64,000 nt of DNA from Mustelus asterias (lineage: Eukaryota). Shown in pieces: positions 36,661-51,209 of this stretch. Position numbers and translations under genes: made by a program. A model generated the notes under the pieces. That model worked only from the letters and a program-made list of their open reading frames with translations. It had not been told where the DNA came from and did no database searches. The stretch is taken from assembly GCF_964213995.1 (NCBI RefSeq), contig NW_027590347.1, forward strand, positions 186,001-250,000, in the 5' to 3' direction. Within the stretch, counting starts at the first letter, position 1. Each line of letters opens with the position of its first letter.

Positions 36661-38527
36661 CTGGAAACAAATTAACACTTTAATCACCCAAAAAGCTGAA
36701 TGTCCATTCAAACACCTCCCTCCCCATATCCTTGTAAATGCAAAGATAACTCCCATTTCCCCAAAGCAGGAAGATGTGAAATGGAAACATCTTCAGCTTT
36801 TTACACACTGCACTTTTCCACGGACCAAAATGTTTCAAAACATTTGCTGAAGTTTTGTTTTAAACTCTTTATCAATGTCCTTCCAGGTTTAGTGTGAAGG
36901 TTTGTGTTCCACACTGAGCCCCTCTCAGTCTCCACACGGAGCTTGTGTGTGTTGCTGATGCTCCTGTCATTTTGGATGGATACTGTGTGAAGCTGCATTC
37001 TCTCCCAGTGAGTTTCTGATGTACTTCACTCTCTCTGCGGCTGGAGCAATGTCCAGCAGGCAGCAGAGGATGGCAGTGTATCACTGTCAGCACAATATAG
37101 ACAAACAGCCTTTAGCAAGAGAGGCTTTGACCCTTTTTCAAACCAAATCCCCAATTTGATGTTTCCAGCTGCGCTGTTTACAATGCTGCTGAATATTGTG
37201 TGTCTTTGGTAAACTGGGATGTGTAGCATTCAGTCACATTAAGTGGTCAATAAATACGTCCACACTGTGTATATCTTTCTGTGTGTGTGTGTCAGCGTGC
37301 ATGTGTGTCAATGTATTTAAATCTCAAAGGAAAATAGGAGCAGGTGTAGGCCATTTGGCCCATCGATCCAGCGCCAGCATTCAAACAGATCATGGTGCAC
37401 GTACGCACACAAAACACGCACACACCAACACACACAAAACACGCACACACCAACACACACAAAACACGCACACACACAAAACACACACACACACACACAC
37501 AAACACACATAAAACACGCACAATAAACACACACAGAAACACACACACACACATCAAACACACAGTTAGCACTGCTGCCTCACAGTGCCAGGGACTCGGG
37601 TTCGGTTCCCACCTTGGGTCACTGTCTGTGTGGAGTTTGCACGTTCTCCCCATGTCTGCGTGGGTATCCTCCGGGTGCTCCGGTTTCCTCCCACAGTCTG
37701 AAAGACGTTCTGGTTAGGGTGCATTGGCCGTGCTAAATTGTCCCTCCGCGTCAGGGAGACTAGCTTGGGTAAATGCATGGGGTAATGGGGATAGGGCCTG
37801 GGTGGGATTGTGGTCGGTGCAGACTCAATGGGCCAAATGGCCTCCTTCTGCACTGTAGGAGTCCAGGATTCTATGAAAACACACAGAAACAGATATTCTC
37901 ACCCAGTAACACTCACACGCACACAGTAATAAACACACACGGAAACATGTCCACGCACACACACAAACACGCATGCACACACAAACANNNNNNNNNNNNN
38001 NNNNNNNNNNNNNNNNNNNNNNNNNNNNNNNNNNNNNNNNNNNNNNNNNNNNNNNNNNNNNNNNNNNNNNNNNNNNNNNNNNNNNNNNNNNNNNNNNNNN
38101 NNNNNNNNNNNNNNNNNNNNNNNNNNNNNNNNNNNNNNNNNNNNNNNNNNNNNNNNNNNNNNNNNNNNACACAATCGATTTGCGTCTTGAACATGCTGAA
38201 TGATTGGGCTTCCACATCCCCCTGGAATAGAAAATTCCAAAGATTCACCACCCTCTGAGTGAAGAAATTTCTCCTCATCTCAGTCTTCAATGGTCTGCCC
38301 CTGATTCTGAGATTGTGTCCCCTGGTTCTAGTCTCACCAGCCAGGGGAAACATCCAATCTACATCCACCCTGTCACACCCTGTAAGAATTTTAAGTCTGT
38401 TTCAATGGGATCGCCTCTCATTTTTCAAGGGTTCAAGGCCGACTTCCGGACTTGATGGCCATGGAAGGTGTGCTCATAACGGGGCCAAACAGCTGGATTA
38501 TCAAACAGTAAATCCTGCCGGGATCAT

Positions 38528-40149
38528 GTATCAGTAAATTCTGCCCGAAACCTCTCTCAGTTATTACAATCTGGGCCTTGTATCAGTAAACTCTGCCCGA
38601 AACCTCTCTCAGTTATTACAATCTGGGCCTTGTATCCGTAAACTCTGCCCGAAACCTCTCTCAGTTATTACAATCTGGGCCTTGTATCAGTGAACTCTGC
38701 CCGAAACCTCTCTCAGTTATTACAATCTGGGCCTTGTATCAGTAAACTCTGCCCGAAACCTCTCTCAGTTATTACAATCTGGGCCTTGTATCAGTAAACT
38801 CTGCCCGAAACCTCTCTCAGTTATTACAATCTGGGCCTTGTATCAGTAAACTCTGCCCGAAACCTCTCTCAGTTATTACAATCTGGGCCTTGTATCAGTA
38901 ATCTCTGCCCGAAACCTCTCTGTTATTACAATCTGGGCCTTGTATCAGTAAACTCTGCCCTAAACCTCTCTCAGTTATTACAATCTGGGCCTTGTATCAG
39001 TAATCTCTGCCCTAAACCTCTCTCAGTTATTACAATCTGGGCCTTGTATCAGTAATCTCTGCCCTAAACCTCTCTCAGATATTACAATCTGGGACTTGTA
39101 TCAGTAATCTCTGCCCTAAACCTCTCTCAGATATTACAATCTGGGACTTGTATCAGTAATCTCTGCCCTAAAACTCTCTCAGTTATTACAATCTGGGACT
39201 TGTATCAGTAATCTCTGCCCTAAACCTCTCTCAGATATTACAATCTGGGCCTGGTATCAGTAATCTCTGCCATAAACCTCTCTCAGTTATTACAATCTGG
39301 GCTTTGTATCAATAATCTCTGCCCGAAACCTCTCTCGGTTATTACAATATGGGCCTTGTATCAGTAATCTCTGCCCTAAACCTCTCTCAGTTATTACAAT
39401 CTGGGCCTGGTATCAGTAATCTCTGCCCTAAACATCTCTCAGTTATTACAATCTGGGCCTTGTATCAGTAATCTCTGCCCTAAACATCTCTCAGTTATTA
39501 CAATCTGGGACTTGAATCAGTAATCTCTGACCTAAACCTCTCTCAGTCATTACAATCTGGGACTTGTATCAGTAATCTCTGCCCTAAACCTCCCTCAGAT
39601 ATTACAATCTGGGACTTGTATCAGTAATCTCTGCCCTAAACCTCTCTCAGTTATTACAATCTGGGCCTTGTATCAGTAAACTCTGCCCTATACCTCTTTA
39701 GTTATTACAATCTTGGCCTTGTATCAGTAAACTCTGCCCTATACCTCTTTAGTTATTACAATCTGGGCTTTGTATCAGTAATCTCTGCCCGAAACCTCTC
39801 TCGGTTATTACAATCTGGGCCTTGTATCAGTATATACTGCCCTAAACCTCTCTCAGTTATTACAATCTGGGCCTGGTATCAGTAATCTCTGCCCGAAACC
39901 TCTCTCAGTTATTACAATCTGGGCCTTGTATCAGTAATCTCTGCCCTAAACCTCTCTGTTATTACAATCTGGGCCTGGTATCAGTAATCTCTGCCCTAAA
40001 CCTCTCTGTTATTACAATCTGGGTCCTGTATCAGTAATCTCTGCCCTAAACCTCTCTGTTATTACAATCTGGGCCTGGTATCAGTAATCTCTGCCCTAAA
40101 CCTCTCTCAGTTATTACAATCTGGGTCTTGTATCAGTAATCTCTGCCCT
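38528..40149 (+). repeat. 52-bp tandem satellite (copy B), uninterrupted, about 31 units
   Basis: Period of 52 measured between 38551 and 38603. Confidence 0.95.
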
Positions 40150-40925
40150 TCAGCTGATTGGAGAATATCATTGTGAATATTACTGTGTTTGGGATGTAAT
40201 ATTTTCCTGCTGTTGCCAATATGGCTATTTTTAACATAGTTTCTGGGATCCTCCAGTCTCCCCTCAGCAGCTTTCTGGGCAGTGAGAGGTGACACACCGT
40301 TCACTAGCAGAGGGAGTTTTTGGTCCTGTCGCTGTCAATGGGATTTCCCATTGAAGTCACCTCACGCTAGCAGGAAACCAGAGGCAGGGGAACGAGAGCA
40401 GAGAATTCCCCACGAGTGAACAGCCGGAGAATCCCGGACATTCGCTCCTTTCCCAGTTATCACTGCACTCAACCCAGTCGCTGTTTATACGCTCAGTTGT
40501 CTCAGTGAATACTACATTACACCATGCTGCTGTGGACACTACAATCAACCCTTTTTGAGTTCTCACTGTATTAATACCATGTATGGATTGATATTTCATT
40601 GGACAATGTGCTGGGTTAGATGAATATTTATTGATTCTTGTGATCTGGGTGTCACTGGCTAGGTCAGCATTTATTGCCCATTCCTAGTTGCCCTGGAGAA
40701 GGTGGTGATGAGCAGCCGTCTTGAACCCGCTGCTGTCTATGTGGTGTAGGTACACCCACAGTGCTGTTAGGGAGGGAACCTGCTTCAATTATCACTGCAT
40801 TTAACCATGTCACTCTTTATAAAAAATAAACTAGACCATGTCTGGGTAATGAATGTGGAGCATGTCTCCATTTCTCTTTACCTCAGCACTGTATCTGTGT
40901 ATATAACACTTTATACAGTTTCAAT

Positions 40926-41214
40926 GTTATTTATTAGTGTCACAAGTAGGCTTACATTAACACTGCAATGAAGTTGCTGTGAAAATCCCCTAGTTGCCAC
41001 ACTCCGGTGCTGTTCGGCTTCACTGAGGGAGAATTTAGCATGGCCAATCCACCGAACAGCATGTCTTTCAGACTGTGGGAGGAAACCGGAGCACTCGGAG
41101 GAAACCCAGACACGGGGAGAACATACAGACTCCACACAGACAGTGACGCAAGTCGGGAATCGAACCCGGGTCCCTGGCGCTGAGAGGCTGCAGTGCTAAC
41201 CACTGCGCCACCCC
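40926..41214 (-). mobile_element. HE1-related SINE with alternative tail
   Basis: Full element in copy B; only its tail tip survives at the copy A junction (about 26050-26069). Confidence 0.88.
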
Positions 41215-42154
41215 TATAAACTAGATACAGTTTCTCTTCTTAATGCATGGGGCCATCCCTCTGTATATACTACAATTGGTCTTTACTTAGTTATTGCTTC
41301 ACTCAACTATGTCACTGTTTCCAATGCACTCAGTGAAGTCACAGTTATTAACGCACGCAGCCATGCCTCTATCTACACCACACCCGACAATTTCTAAGCT
41401 GTTGCTGCACTTCCCCAGGAATAGATTTGATCTGTTTCTCTTACATTCAGCATCATCGGAGATACTGCTGTGTTCGGCCTTGTTTCATTCATTACTCAAC
41501 TCACCTGTGTCTCAGTTTTATTTTACACAAGTTCCTGTCTTTCTTATTCCTACATTCTACCCTGTTTCAGTTGTTACTGCACTGAAAAATCTCTCTGTTA
41601 GATAGACAGAGAAAGAGAGTCAGCTGGATGGATAGACGAATATTCCTTTCAAGTTATATATTTGTGTGGGTCAGCTGGTGCCACCACTCTTGTTTGGAAC
41701 AGTTTTTGTTTGGTCTTGTTACCAGCTATTGGGTGTTGTGTGAAATGTCCAATTGCTCCAGTATTGTGTGTGTAATATTGGTGTTGAAAGATTGGGTGAA
41801 TTTCGCTCGAGTCTCTTGGAGATGAGCAGAAATTGAGGAAGGGAAATAAAGTTGAACATCGGTAAAGGGAAAGTGACCACAGTCCCAGATGACGATCTGC
41901 TGCTCTCCCCTTTGAGGGGGAGAACTCACTGGCGGTGATTTACCACACCTCAGGCCAGGGGAAAGGTTGAAAGGGTTGGGCTTTCATGACGTGTTGGAGA
42001 CTTTGTGCATCTCAGACCAGCTGTCCAGCCAACTGAGTGAAGCAACTTCCATATTGCCACATTTCAATGCATGTTGCACAACCTGGTCACAAACTATTGC
42101 ATTGGAGATTACTCACTGATATTGGGATTGATCTGTGACAATTCTCACAGTCGC

Positions 42155-42310
42155 GTATGTGTGCAGGAGTTCCTCAGGGTGAGTGTCCGAGGCCCCAACC
42201 ATCTTCAGCTGCTCCAACGCTGACCTTCCCTCCATCACAAGGTCTGAAGTGGGGATGTTCGCTGATGATTGCACAATGTTCAGCACCATACGCAACTCCT
42301 CAGATACTGA
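42155..42310 (+). mobile_element. CR1/L2-clade RT fragment
   Basis: GVPQG...PTIFSC...DLPSITRSEVGMFADDCTMFSTI. Confidence 0.8.
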
Positions 42311-43109
42311 AACAGAAAATAAGGACATACCAAACAGGTCAGGCAGCATCTGTGGAGAGAGAAACAGATTCTGGGACCAGGGGGACTGAGAGACAGGCAG
42401 ATTGAGAAAAATATGCACACACACTAACACTCACACTCAGACAGCCTAAAACTAAACAGATATATAATGGAGGAGGAATCCCTTCTCTCTCTGTAAATAG
42501 ACATTAACTAGATTTCTCTTCCAAAAAGACAGCACATCTGGATGGGCAGAATAGTCTCCAATTCTACCCATGGTCCTTTTCTGATCTCCATTCTTCACAT
42601 CTGCACACGTTGGCTTCAGCTCCAGTTTGTGAATGAAAGCAAACCCCTGTTCATTACAAATCCACTCAGCCTTTTCCCTCTGCTCTCTCCACACACAATC
42701 TACAAGACACAAACAGGAAACATGGATTCCAGGAGAGAAAGGTCACACCTGATCCTCCTCTCAATGGATTCTCTGTCGCCAGAGAGAACATTCCAGCTCC
42801 TACAGAAAGTCACAACTGATTAATGTCAGGGACAGAATTGGAATGAATTAGACACAAGAGAGATGAAAGGTTTCTGCTCATCATAAAAAGCTAAAGAGTC
42901 ACTCAATGTCATTAAGGGAGAGACCTCGCTGGTCTATCTTTGACCCAAGTCACACACTGACTCTGAATGTCCTCACAGCAACTTGGGGGATGGACATTTC
43001 TAAAGTACTATTCATGGCTTTAGGGTTTCCAAAAGCGTTTCACCGACAATGGAGCGCTTTTGAAATGTTGTCAGTGTTATTTAGGAAATGAGCAAACTTT
43101 TGACGCCAC

Positions 43110-46100
43110 ATGCATTGAGTTTAAAAATTGGCAAGCCATGTTGCAGCTTTATAGAACCATTGTTAGGCCGCACTTGGAATATAGTGTTCAATTCTGGTCG
43201 CCACACTACTAGAAGGATGTGCAGGCTTTGGAGACGGTACAGAAAAGATTTACCAGGATGTTGCCTGGGATGGAGGGCATTAGCTCTGAGGAGAGTTTGG
43301 AGAAACTTGGTTTGTTCTCACTGGAATGACAGAGGCAAGGGGGGTGATCTGATAGAAGTCTACAAGATTATGAGAGGCATGGACAGAGTGGATAGTCAGG
43401 AGCTTTTTCCCAGGGTTGAAGAGTCAATTACTAGGGGGCACAGGTTTAAGGTGTGAGGGACAAGGTTTAAAGGAGATGTACGAGGCAAGTTTTTTACACA
43501 GAGGGTGGTGGTGCCTGGAACTCGCTGCTGGGAGAGGGAGTGGAAGCAGATACGATAGTGAGTTTTAAGGGGCGTCTGGAGAAATACAAGAATAGGATGG
43601 GAATAGAGGGATATGGTCCCTGGAAGGGGAGGGGGTTTTAGTTCACACATGGTTGGTGCAGGCTTGGAGGGCCGAAGGGCCTGTTCTTGTGCTGTAATTT
43701 TCTTTATTCTAATTTCAGAGAGAGATATATACAGATACAGAGCCATAGAGAGACAGAAACAGGATGGGATTGTGCTGTACATGTTTCCGAGCTGACATTG
43801 AGACACACACGAGATGTACACCAATGATTTGGATGAGGGAACCAAAAATAATATTTCCAAGTTTGCTGATGCCATGAAACTTGTTGGGAATGTGAGTAGT
43901 GAGAAGGATGTTAAAATGTTTCACAGTGACTTCAGAAAATTGAGTGAATGGGTAAATCCGTGGCAGATGCTTTATAACGTGGACAAACGTGAATTTAACT
44001 ACTTCGGACAGAGAAGCAGAATGGCAGAGGATGATTTAAATGGTGATAGATTGGGAAATGTTGATATACAAAGGGACCTGGGTGTCCCAGTACACCAGAG
44101 ACTGAAAGCAAGCATGCAGCTACAGCAAACAGTTAGGAAGGCAAATGATATGTTGGCCTTCATTGCAAGAGAACTTGAGGAAAGGGGCAAGGATGTCTTA
44201 CTGCAGCTGTACAGGCCCTCGGTGAGACCCCACCTGGAATATTGTGTACAGTTTTTGTCTCTGTAACTATGAAATGCTGCACTTACCATAGAGGGAGAGC
44301 AGCGGAGGCACACCAGACTGATTCCTGGGATGGCAGGATTGTCGTATGAGGAGAGATTGAGTCGACTGGGCCTGTATTCACTGGAGTTCCGAAGAATGAG
44401 AGGGGATCGAATTGAAATGTATAAATTCTGACCGGGCTGGAGTGACTGAATACAGGGATGTTGTTTCCTCCAGCTGAGGGGCTGAGGGGGTGGGGAGAGG
44501 GGGGGGGGGGGGCGGGGGAGAGGCTGGAACAAGGGGTCACAGATGGTGAAACTTTGCAATATGTTTAATCTGTAGAAACCTATCCATCTCAGTCTGTGAA
44601 CGATGACTGAGCCTCCACAGCCCCCTGGGACAGGGAATTCCAAAGATTCACCATCCTGGAAGCACATGGAATTCAGGAAAACTTGGCGAGATGGATCCGA
44701 AACTGGTTTAGTAATTGGACACAAAGGGTGGTGTTGGAAGGCTGTTTGAGTGGCTGGAGGCCGGTGTCCAGTGGTGCACCACAAGGCTCCGTGCTGGGGG
44801 GCTTATTGTTGTTATACATAAATGAGACAGATGATAATGTGGGGGCAATGATAAGCAAGGTTCCAGATGACACCAAGATTGGTAGGATGGTTCATAGTGA
44901 AGAAGGTTGTAGGTTACAGGAAGATATCGCTGGGTTGGTCAGATAGGCAGAGCAGTGGCAGATGGTATTTGACCCTGATAGGTGCGAGGTGATGCACTTT
45001 GGAAGCAGTAACAAGGCAAGGGAGTATTTAATGAGTTGCAGGACACTGGGAAGCTCAGAGGAACATATGGATCTTGGGCAATTATTCACAGATCCCTGAA
45101 GGCAGCAGAGCAGGTGAATCAAGTGGTAAAGAAGGCAGATGAGACACTTGCTTTTATCAGTCATGGCGCAGAGTAGAAGAGCAAAGAGTTAATGTTGGAG
45201 TTGTACAGAGCGTTGGTTAGGCCACACCTGGAGTACCGTGTGCAGATCTGGTCACCACACCAGAGGAAGGATATGATAGCACTAGAGGGGGTACAGAGGA
45301 GGCTCAGCAGCAAGTTGCCTGGGATGGAGTATTTGAGCTATAAGGAGAGACTGGATAGGTTTGGATTGTTTTCTTTAGAGCAGAGAAGGCTGATTGAGGT
45401 GTATAAGATTATGAGGGGTATGGACAGGGTGAATAGGAAACAGCTGTTCCCCTTGGTTGAGAGGTCAATCATGAGGGGACATAGTTTTAGGGCAAAGGGC
45501 AGGAGATTCAGAGGAGAGTTGAGAAAAACATTCACTCAGCGGGTGATGGGAATCAGGAATGTACTGCCTGGGAAGGCAGTGGAGGTCGGAAACCTTACAA
45601 CCTTTCAAAAGCATTTGGATGAGCACTTGAAACATCACAACATTCAAAGATATGGTACAAGAGATGGAAAATTGGATTAGCACAACTTCAGTGGTAGTTA
45701 CTTGTTGCTGCAGACTCAATGAGTCGAAGGGCCTTTTCTTCACTGTACCACTCTATGACTCTGAGGGAAGAAATTCCTCCTCACAGGAAGCAGAGAGTCG
45801 GAATAAATGGGTGCTTTTCTGGTTGGCGGATGGTAACTGGTGGCGTGCCGCAGGGATCGGTACTGGGGCCTCAACTATTTATCATTTATATAGACGATCT
45901 GGAGGAGAGGCCTGAGTGTAGGGTAACAAAGTTTGCAGACGACCCAAAGATAAGTGGAAAAGTGAATCGTGCGGAGGGCGTAGAAGGTCTGCAGAGAGAT
46001 TTGGACAGGCTGAGTGAGTGGGCGAGGATCTGGCAGATGGAGTATAACGTTGACAAATGCGAGTTTATTCACTTTGGAGAAAATAATAGCAAATTGGATT

Positions 46101-46916
46101 ATTATCTAAATGGAAAAAAAATTACAACATGCTGCTGTGCAAAGGGACCTGGGGGTCCTTGTGCATGAGACGCAAAAACCCAGTCTGCAGGTGCAACAGG
46201 TGATCAGGAAGGCAAATGGGATGTTGGCCTATATCGCAAGGGGGATAGAATATAAAAGCAGAGATGTCTTGCTGCATCTGTACAGGGCATTGGTGAGGCC
46301 GCAGCTGGAATACTGTGTGCAGTATTGGTCCCCCTTATTTGCGGAAGGATATATTGGTCTTGGAGGGAGTGCAGAGAAGGTTCACCAGGTTGATACCAGA
46401 GATGAGGGGTGTTGATTATGAGGAGAGACTGAGCGGATTGGGTTTGTACTCGTTGGAATTTAGAAGGCTGAGGGGGGATCTTATAGAGACCTATAAGATA
46501 ATGAAGGGGCTGGATAGGGTAGAGATGGAGAGATTCTTTCCACTTAGAAAGGAAGCTAGAACTAGAGGGCACAGGCTCAAAATAAAGGGGGTCAGCTGAG
46601 GACAGAAGTTGAGGAGGAACTTCTTCTCTCAGAGGGTGGTGAATCTCTGGAATTCTCTGCCCACTGAAGTGGTGGAGGCTACCTCGTTGAATATGTTTAA
46701 ATCACGGAGAGATGGATTCCTGATCGGTAAGGGAAGGGGTTATGGGGATCAGGCGGGTAAGTGGAACTGATCCACTTCAGATCAGCCATGATCTTATTGA
46801 ATGGCGGGGCAGGCTCGAGGGGCTAGATGGCCTACCCCTGCTCCTGTTTCTTATGTTCTTATCTCAGTCCGAAATGTCCTGCCCCCTTACTCTGCGACTA
46901 TGCCATGGTTCTAGAC

Positions 46917-46948
<32 letters not shown>

Positions 46949-48850
46949 ACCCCCAAGCCAGCGGAAACATCCTTCCTCTATCTACTCAGCTAATGTTTGG
47001 GGGTTGGGGAGAGTTATAGAACAAAGAGATCTCGGGGTACAGGTTCATAGCTTCTTGACAGTGGAGTCACAGGTGGACAGAGTGGTGAAGAAGGCATTCG
47101 GCATGCTTGGTTTCATTGGTCAGAACATTGAATACAGGAGTTGGGACGTCTTGTTGAAGTTGTACAAGACATTGTTAAGGCCACGCTTGGAATACTGTGC
47201 ACAGTTCTGGTCACCCTATTTTAGAATAGATATTATTAAACTAGAAAGAGTGCAAAAACGATTTACTAGGATGCTACCGGGACATGATGGTTTGGGTTTT
47301 AAGGAGAGGTTGCACAGACAGGGACTTTTTTCCCTGTAGCGTAGAAGACTGAGGGGTGATTTTATAGAGGTCTATAAAATAATGAGGGGCACAGATCAGC
47401 TAGATAGTCAATATCTTCTCCCAAAGGTAGGGGAGTCTAAAACTAGAGGGCATAGGTTTAAGGTGAGAGGGGAGAGATACAAAAGGGTCCAGAGGGGCAA
47501 TTCTTTTCACACAGAGGGTGGTGAGTGTCTGGAATGAGCTGCCAGAGGTAGTAGTAGTGGCGGGTACAATTTTATGTTTTAAAAAGCATTTAGACAGTTA
47601 CATGGGTAAGATTGGTATAGAGGGATATGGGCGAAACACAGGCAATTGTGATTAGCTTAATGGTAAAAACTGGGCGGCATGGACAAGTTGGGCCAAAGCG
47701 CGTTTCCATGCTGTAAACCTCTATGACGCGACCCTGCTGAGCCCTGTAAGAATTGTCCAAGTTTGAATGAGGTCACCTCTCATGCTTCTCAAGTGCCTAA
47801 AGTAAAAGTCCAGTTTATTTTCCTTCCTCAGAGGACAATCCCTCCAACCCAGGAATTAATGCAGTGAAATGTCATTGAAGTCCCTCTCGGACAAGAATGT
47901 CTTTCCTTAGGTAAGAGGATAAAACTGTCCACAACACTCCGTGTGTGGTTTCACCACTAATTCAGCCTCTCCCACATCCCCTTGAAGAGTCTACATCCTC
48001 CTCACAACTCACACTTCCACCTGCCTTCAGGTCATCTGCAAACTGGGAAATATTACATTTGATCCCAAACGTCCAAATCAATGATATGGATTGTGAATAG
48101 CTGGGCTCCCGAGTACTGATCCTTGTGATAAGCCGCTGGTCACAGCCTGCCACCCTGAAAATGACCCATTTGTACCTCAGCTCTGTTTTCTGTCCGTTAA
48201 CCATTTCTCAATTCATGCCGGTATTATCAGGGTAAATACGTTGCATCACGGGGATAGGGCCTGGGTGGGAATGTTGTTAGCGCAGGCTCGATGGGCTGTA
48301 TGGCCTCCTTCTGCACTGTAGGGATTCCATGATTCTAATATGTACATACGTCAGTGAAGGTGGCAGGGCACTTTGAGGGAGCAGTAAATGAAGTATATGG
48401 TATCCCAGCTTTTATTAATGGAGGAATTGAGGACAAGAGTAAGGAGTTCATATTGAACTTGTATAAGACACTTGTTAGGCCTCATCTGGAGACTGCGCCC
48501 AGTTCTGGGCACCGTACTTGAGGAGGGATGTGAAGACATTGGAGAGAGTGCAGAGGAGATTCACAAGAATGATTCCAGGGAATAAGATCCGTAGCTACGA
48601 GGGTAGATTGGAGAGATTGGGACTGTTTTCCTTGGAGGAAAGAAGGCTGAGGTGAGACTTGAGAGAGAGATTCAAGATCCTAAGGGGTATCCACAGGTTA
48701 AAGAGTGAGAAACTCTTCCCTCTCAAGAGATGGTCATGAACTAGAGGGCACAGATTCTAAATGATGGGGAAATGGATCAGAAGTGAAGTGAGGAAAAGCA
48801 CTTCATCAAGAGGGTGTTTGGAATCTGGAACAATCTTCCTGAAAGCCTGT
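43110..48850 (+). mobile_element. Pile-up of nested degenerate CR1 fragments (mostly plus strand; about 47720-48225 minus)
   Basis: Repeated [16 protein letters not shown] and FTQRVV motifs in short frameshifted ORFs. Confidence 0.9.
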
Positions 48851-51209
48851 TCCAATATTCAATAAGGTCCTGGCTGATCTGTGATCTAACTCTCTGTCTC
48901 TTAACCCCTTGGACTGAGGAAAATCTATCAACCCCAGATTTACAATAATAACAAGTGACTGAGCATCAATAGCCATTTGCAGAAGATTGTTTCAAACTAA
49001 CTCCACACCACATCTGGCAATGTTTCCATTTCTACAATTCTAAAATTCTAAACTGAGGCTAACATTCAAATATTCCCAAATCCTGGAGTTCCCAGACAGT
49101 AGAAAAACTTGTTCTTTATCAGCCTCTCCCTTTCCCTCATTATTTTCAATGTTTGATTAAATCAGCCCCCAACTTAAATTCCAGCGGTTAAGAATAACGT
49201 TTAATCTGCACTGTTCATCAAATGTTCCCAACACAAATACTGTAATGGGCTAAATACAGAGTAAAATTCCCTCTGCTCTGTCCAAGGAATGTTTCATCAC
49301 AGATTTTTATTTTGAAGTTTAGGAAAAACAGGAATCAAATTGCTCAGCATCCCAGTGTGGCCTCCTGTTTATTTCAATCAGCCCTTCACATTCAAACATG
49401 AAGTTGAAGCTTCGAATACTGTCTGTGGCAGCGTTTGTGGATTCAGTTGTTCTCCTGCTTTTTCACTTGTCTGAAGGATTTGAATTATAGACATTGTTCA
49501 ATCATTCCTTTCTCTCAGCACATGGAACTTGTGAATCTTCAAGGCAGACAATCTCATGTAATTAACAACAAACTGCATCTTTATTCATCCGTCCATTTCC
49601 TATCTCTGAATGGATCACACACATTTCCAGAATGCAGGAAGCTCTCAATGGAAACTGCTTCCAATTATTCCCCAATACAATTGTTCACACTTTACTGTGA
49701 ACTACATTCCACTGACACTCCCAAAGCAGCCACAGAAAAGTGACTGGTTATTTTAAACATTGAACCTGAACTATTTGAGCTGATGATTCACTCACATTGT
49801 ACAGAAATGTTGACCCTGTTTTGATGAGAGTGATCAGATTAACATTGTAACATGAAGACAGCCTCCGTACTGAGATTCACCACATTTACAACAATTCCGC
49901 AATATCAGATCCATTGCTGTGTGTTTTGTGTGAATCCAGCTGTGAAATATCTGGACATTTGGAGCTTCCACTGTTTCTGTCATTTCATCATTTATTAAAG
50001 TACGCTGTTCTATCCCTTTTAAATCTAAGTTGTGTCAGTTTACATTTCCCTGCACTGAAACCTCTCCACCAGTTTTGTCCATGTACAAAATATGAATAAC
50101 TCTTTGCAATGTGATGTTTCCAGCTACGCTGCTTACAATGCTGTCTAATGTTTTGTGTCATTGGCAAACCAGGATGTGTAGCATTCAGTCACATTAAATG
50201 GTCAATAAATATGTCNNNNNNNNNNNNNNNNNNNNNNNNNNNNNNNNNNNNNNNNNNNNNNNNNNNNNNNNNNNNNNNNNNNNNNNNNNNNNNNNNNNNN
50301 NNNNNNNNNNNNNNNNNNNNNNNNNNNNNNNNNNNNNNNNNNNNNNNNNNNNNNAATGTATTTGAATCTCAAATATGTTCAGTTGGAGGCCATTTGACCC
50401 ATCGAGCCTGCTCCCCCACTCAAACAGATCATGACAAACACACACACACACATACACACACACAGACAAAGAGAGAGGCACACAGACACTCACGGACACA
50501 CACACACAGAGAGACACAAACACACATTCACGGACACACACGCACACACGCAGAGAGACACAAACACACACTCACAGACACACATGCACAAAGACACAGA
50601 GAGAGACACACACACAGACACACACACACAGGCAAAGAGAGAAACACACAGACACTCACGGACACACACGCAGAGGGACACAAACACACACTCACAGACA
50701 CCCATGCACAAAGACACAGAGAGAGAGACACACACAGACACACACTCACTCACAGACACACGCAGAGAAACACAATCACACACACAGAAACACACATTGA
50801 AATAGACACTTGCACACACTTAGAAACTGTCTCTCTCTCTCACACACACACACTCACACACAGAAATACAAAAACATAAGCACACCGACACTCTCATTCC
50901 TATTTCTGTTTTACTCCTCAATGCCCCAACTAAAAAGTACTGGGATCTGAACTTGAAATGCTGGAACTGATCATGGAGGAACGAGTGGGGCCTAATAGAC
51001 ACTGAGAAGTTAACTTGTGTGTGAATCATAGAATGGTGACAGCACAGGAGGCCATTCAGCCCGTCAAGCCTGGATCGACACACTGCAAGAGCAGTTTCAC
51101 TATTCCCAATCCTCCACCCTCTCCCCGTAACCCTGTCAATATTTTCCCTTCAGCTTCCCATTCAATTTCCTCTTGATGGAATCTTCTCCCACCTCTGACT
51201 CAGGCAGAA

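Noticed and set aside
38528-40149. Regular array resembling CRISPR
   Set aside because: Head-to-tail 52-bp units with no unique spacers, in vertebrate DNA; it is a satellite.
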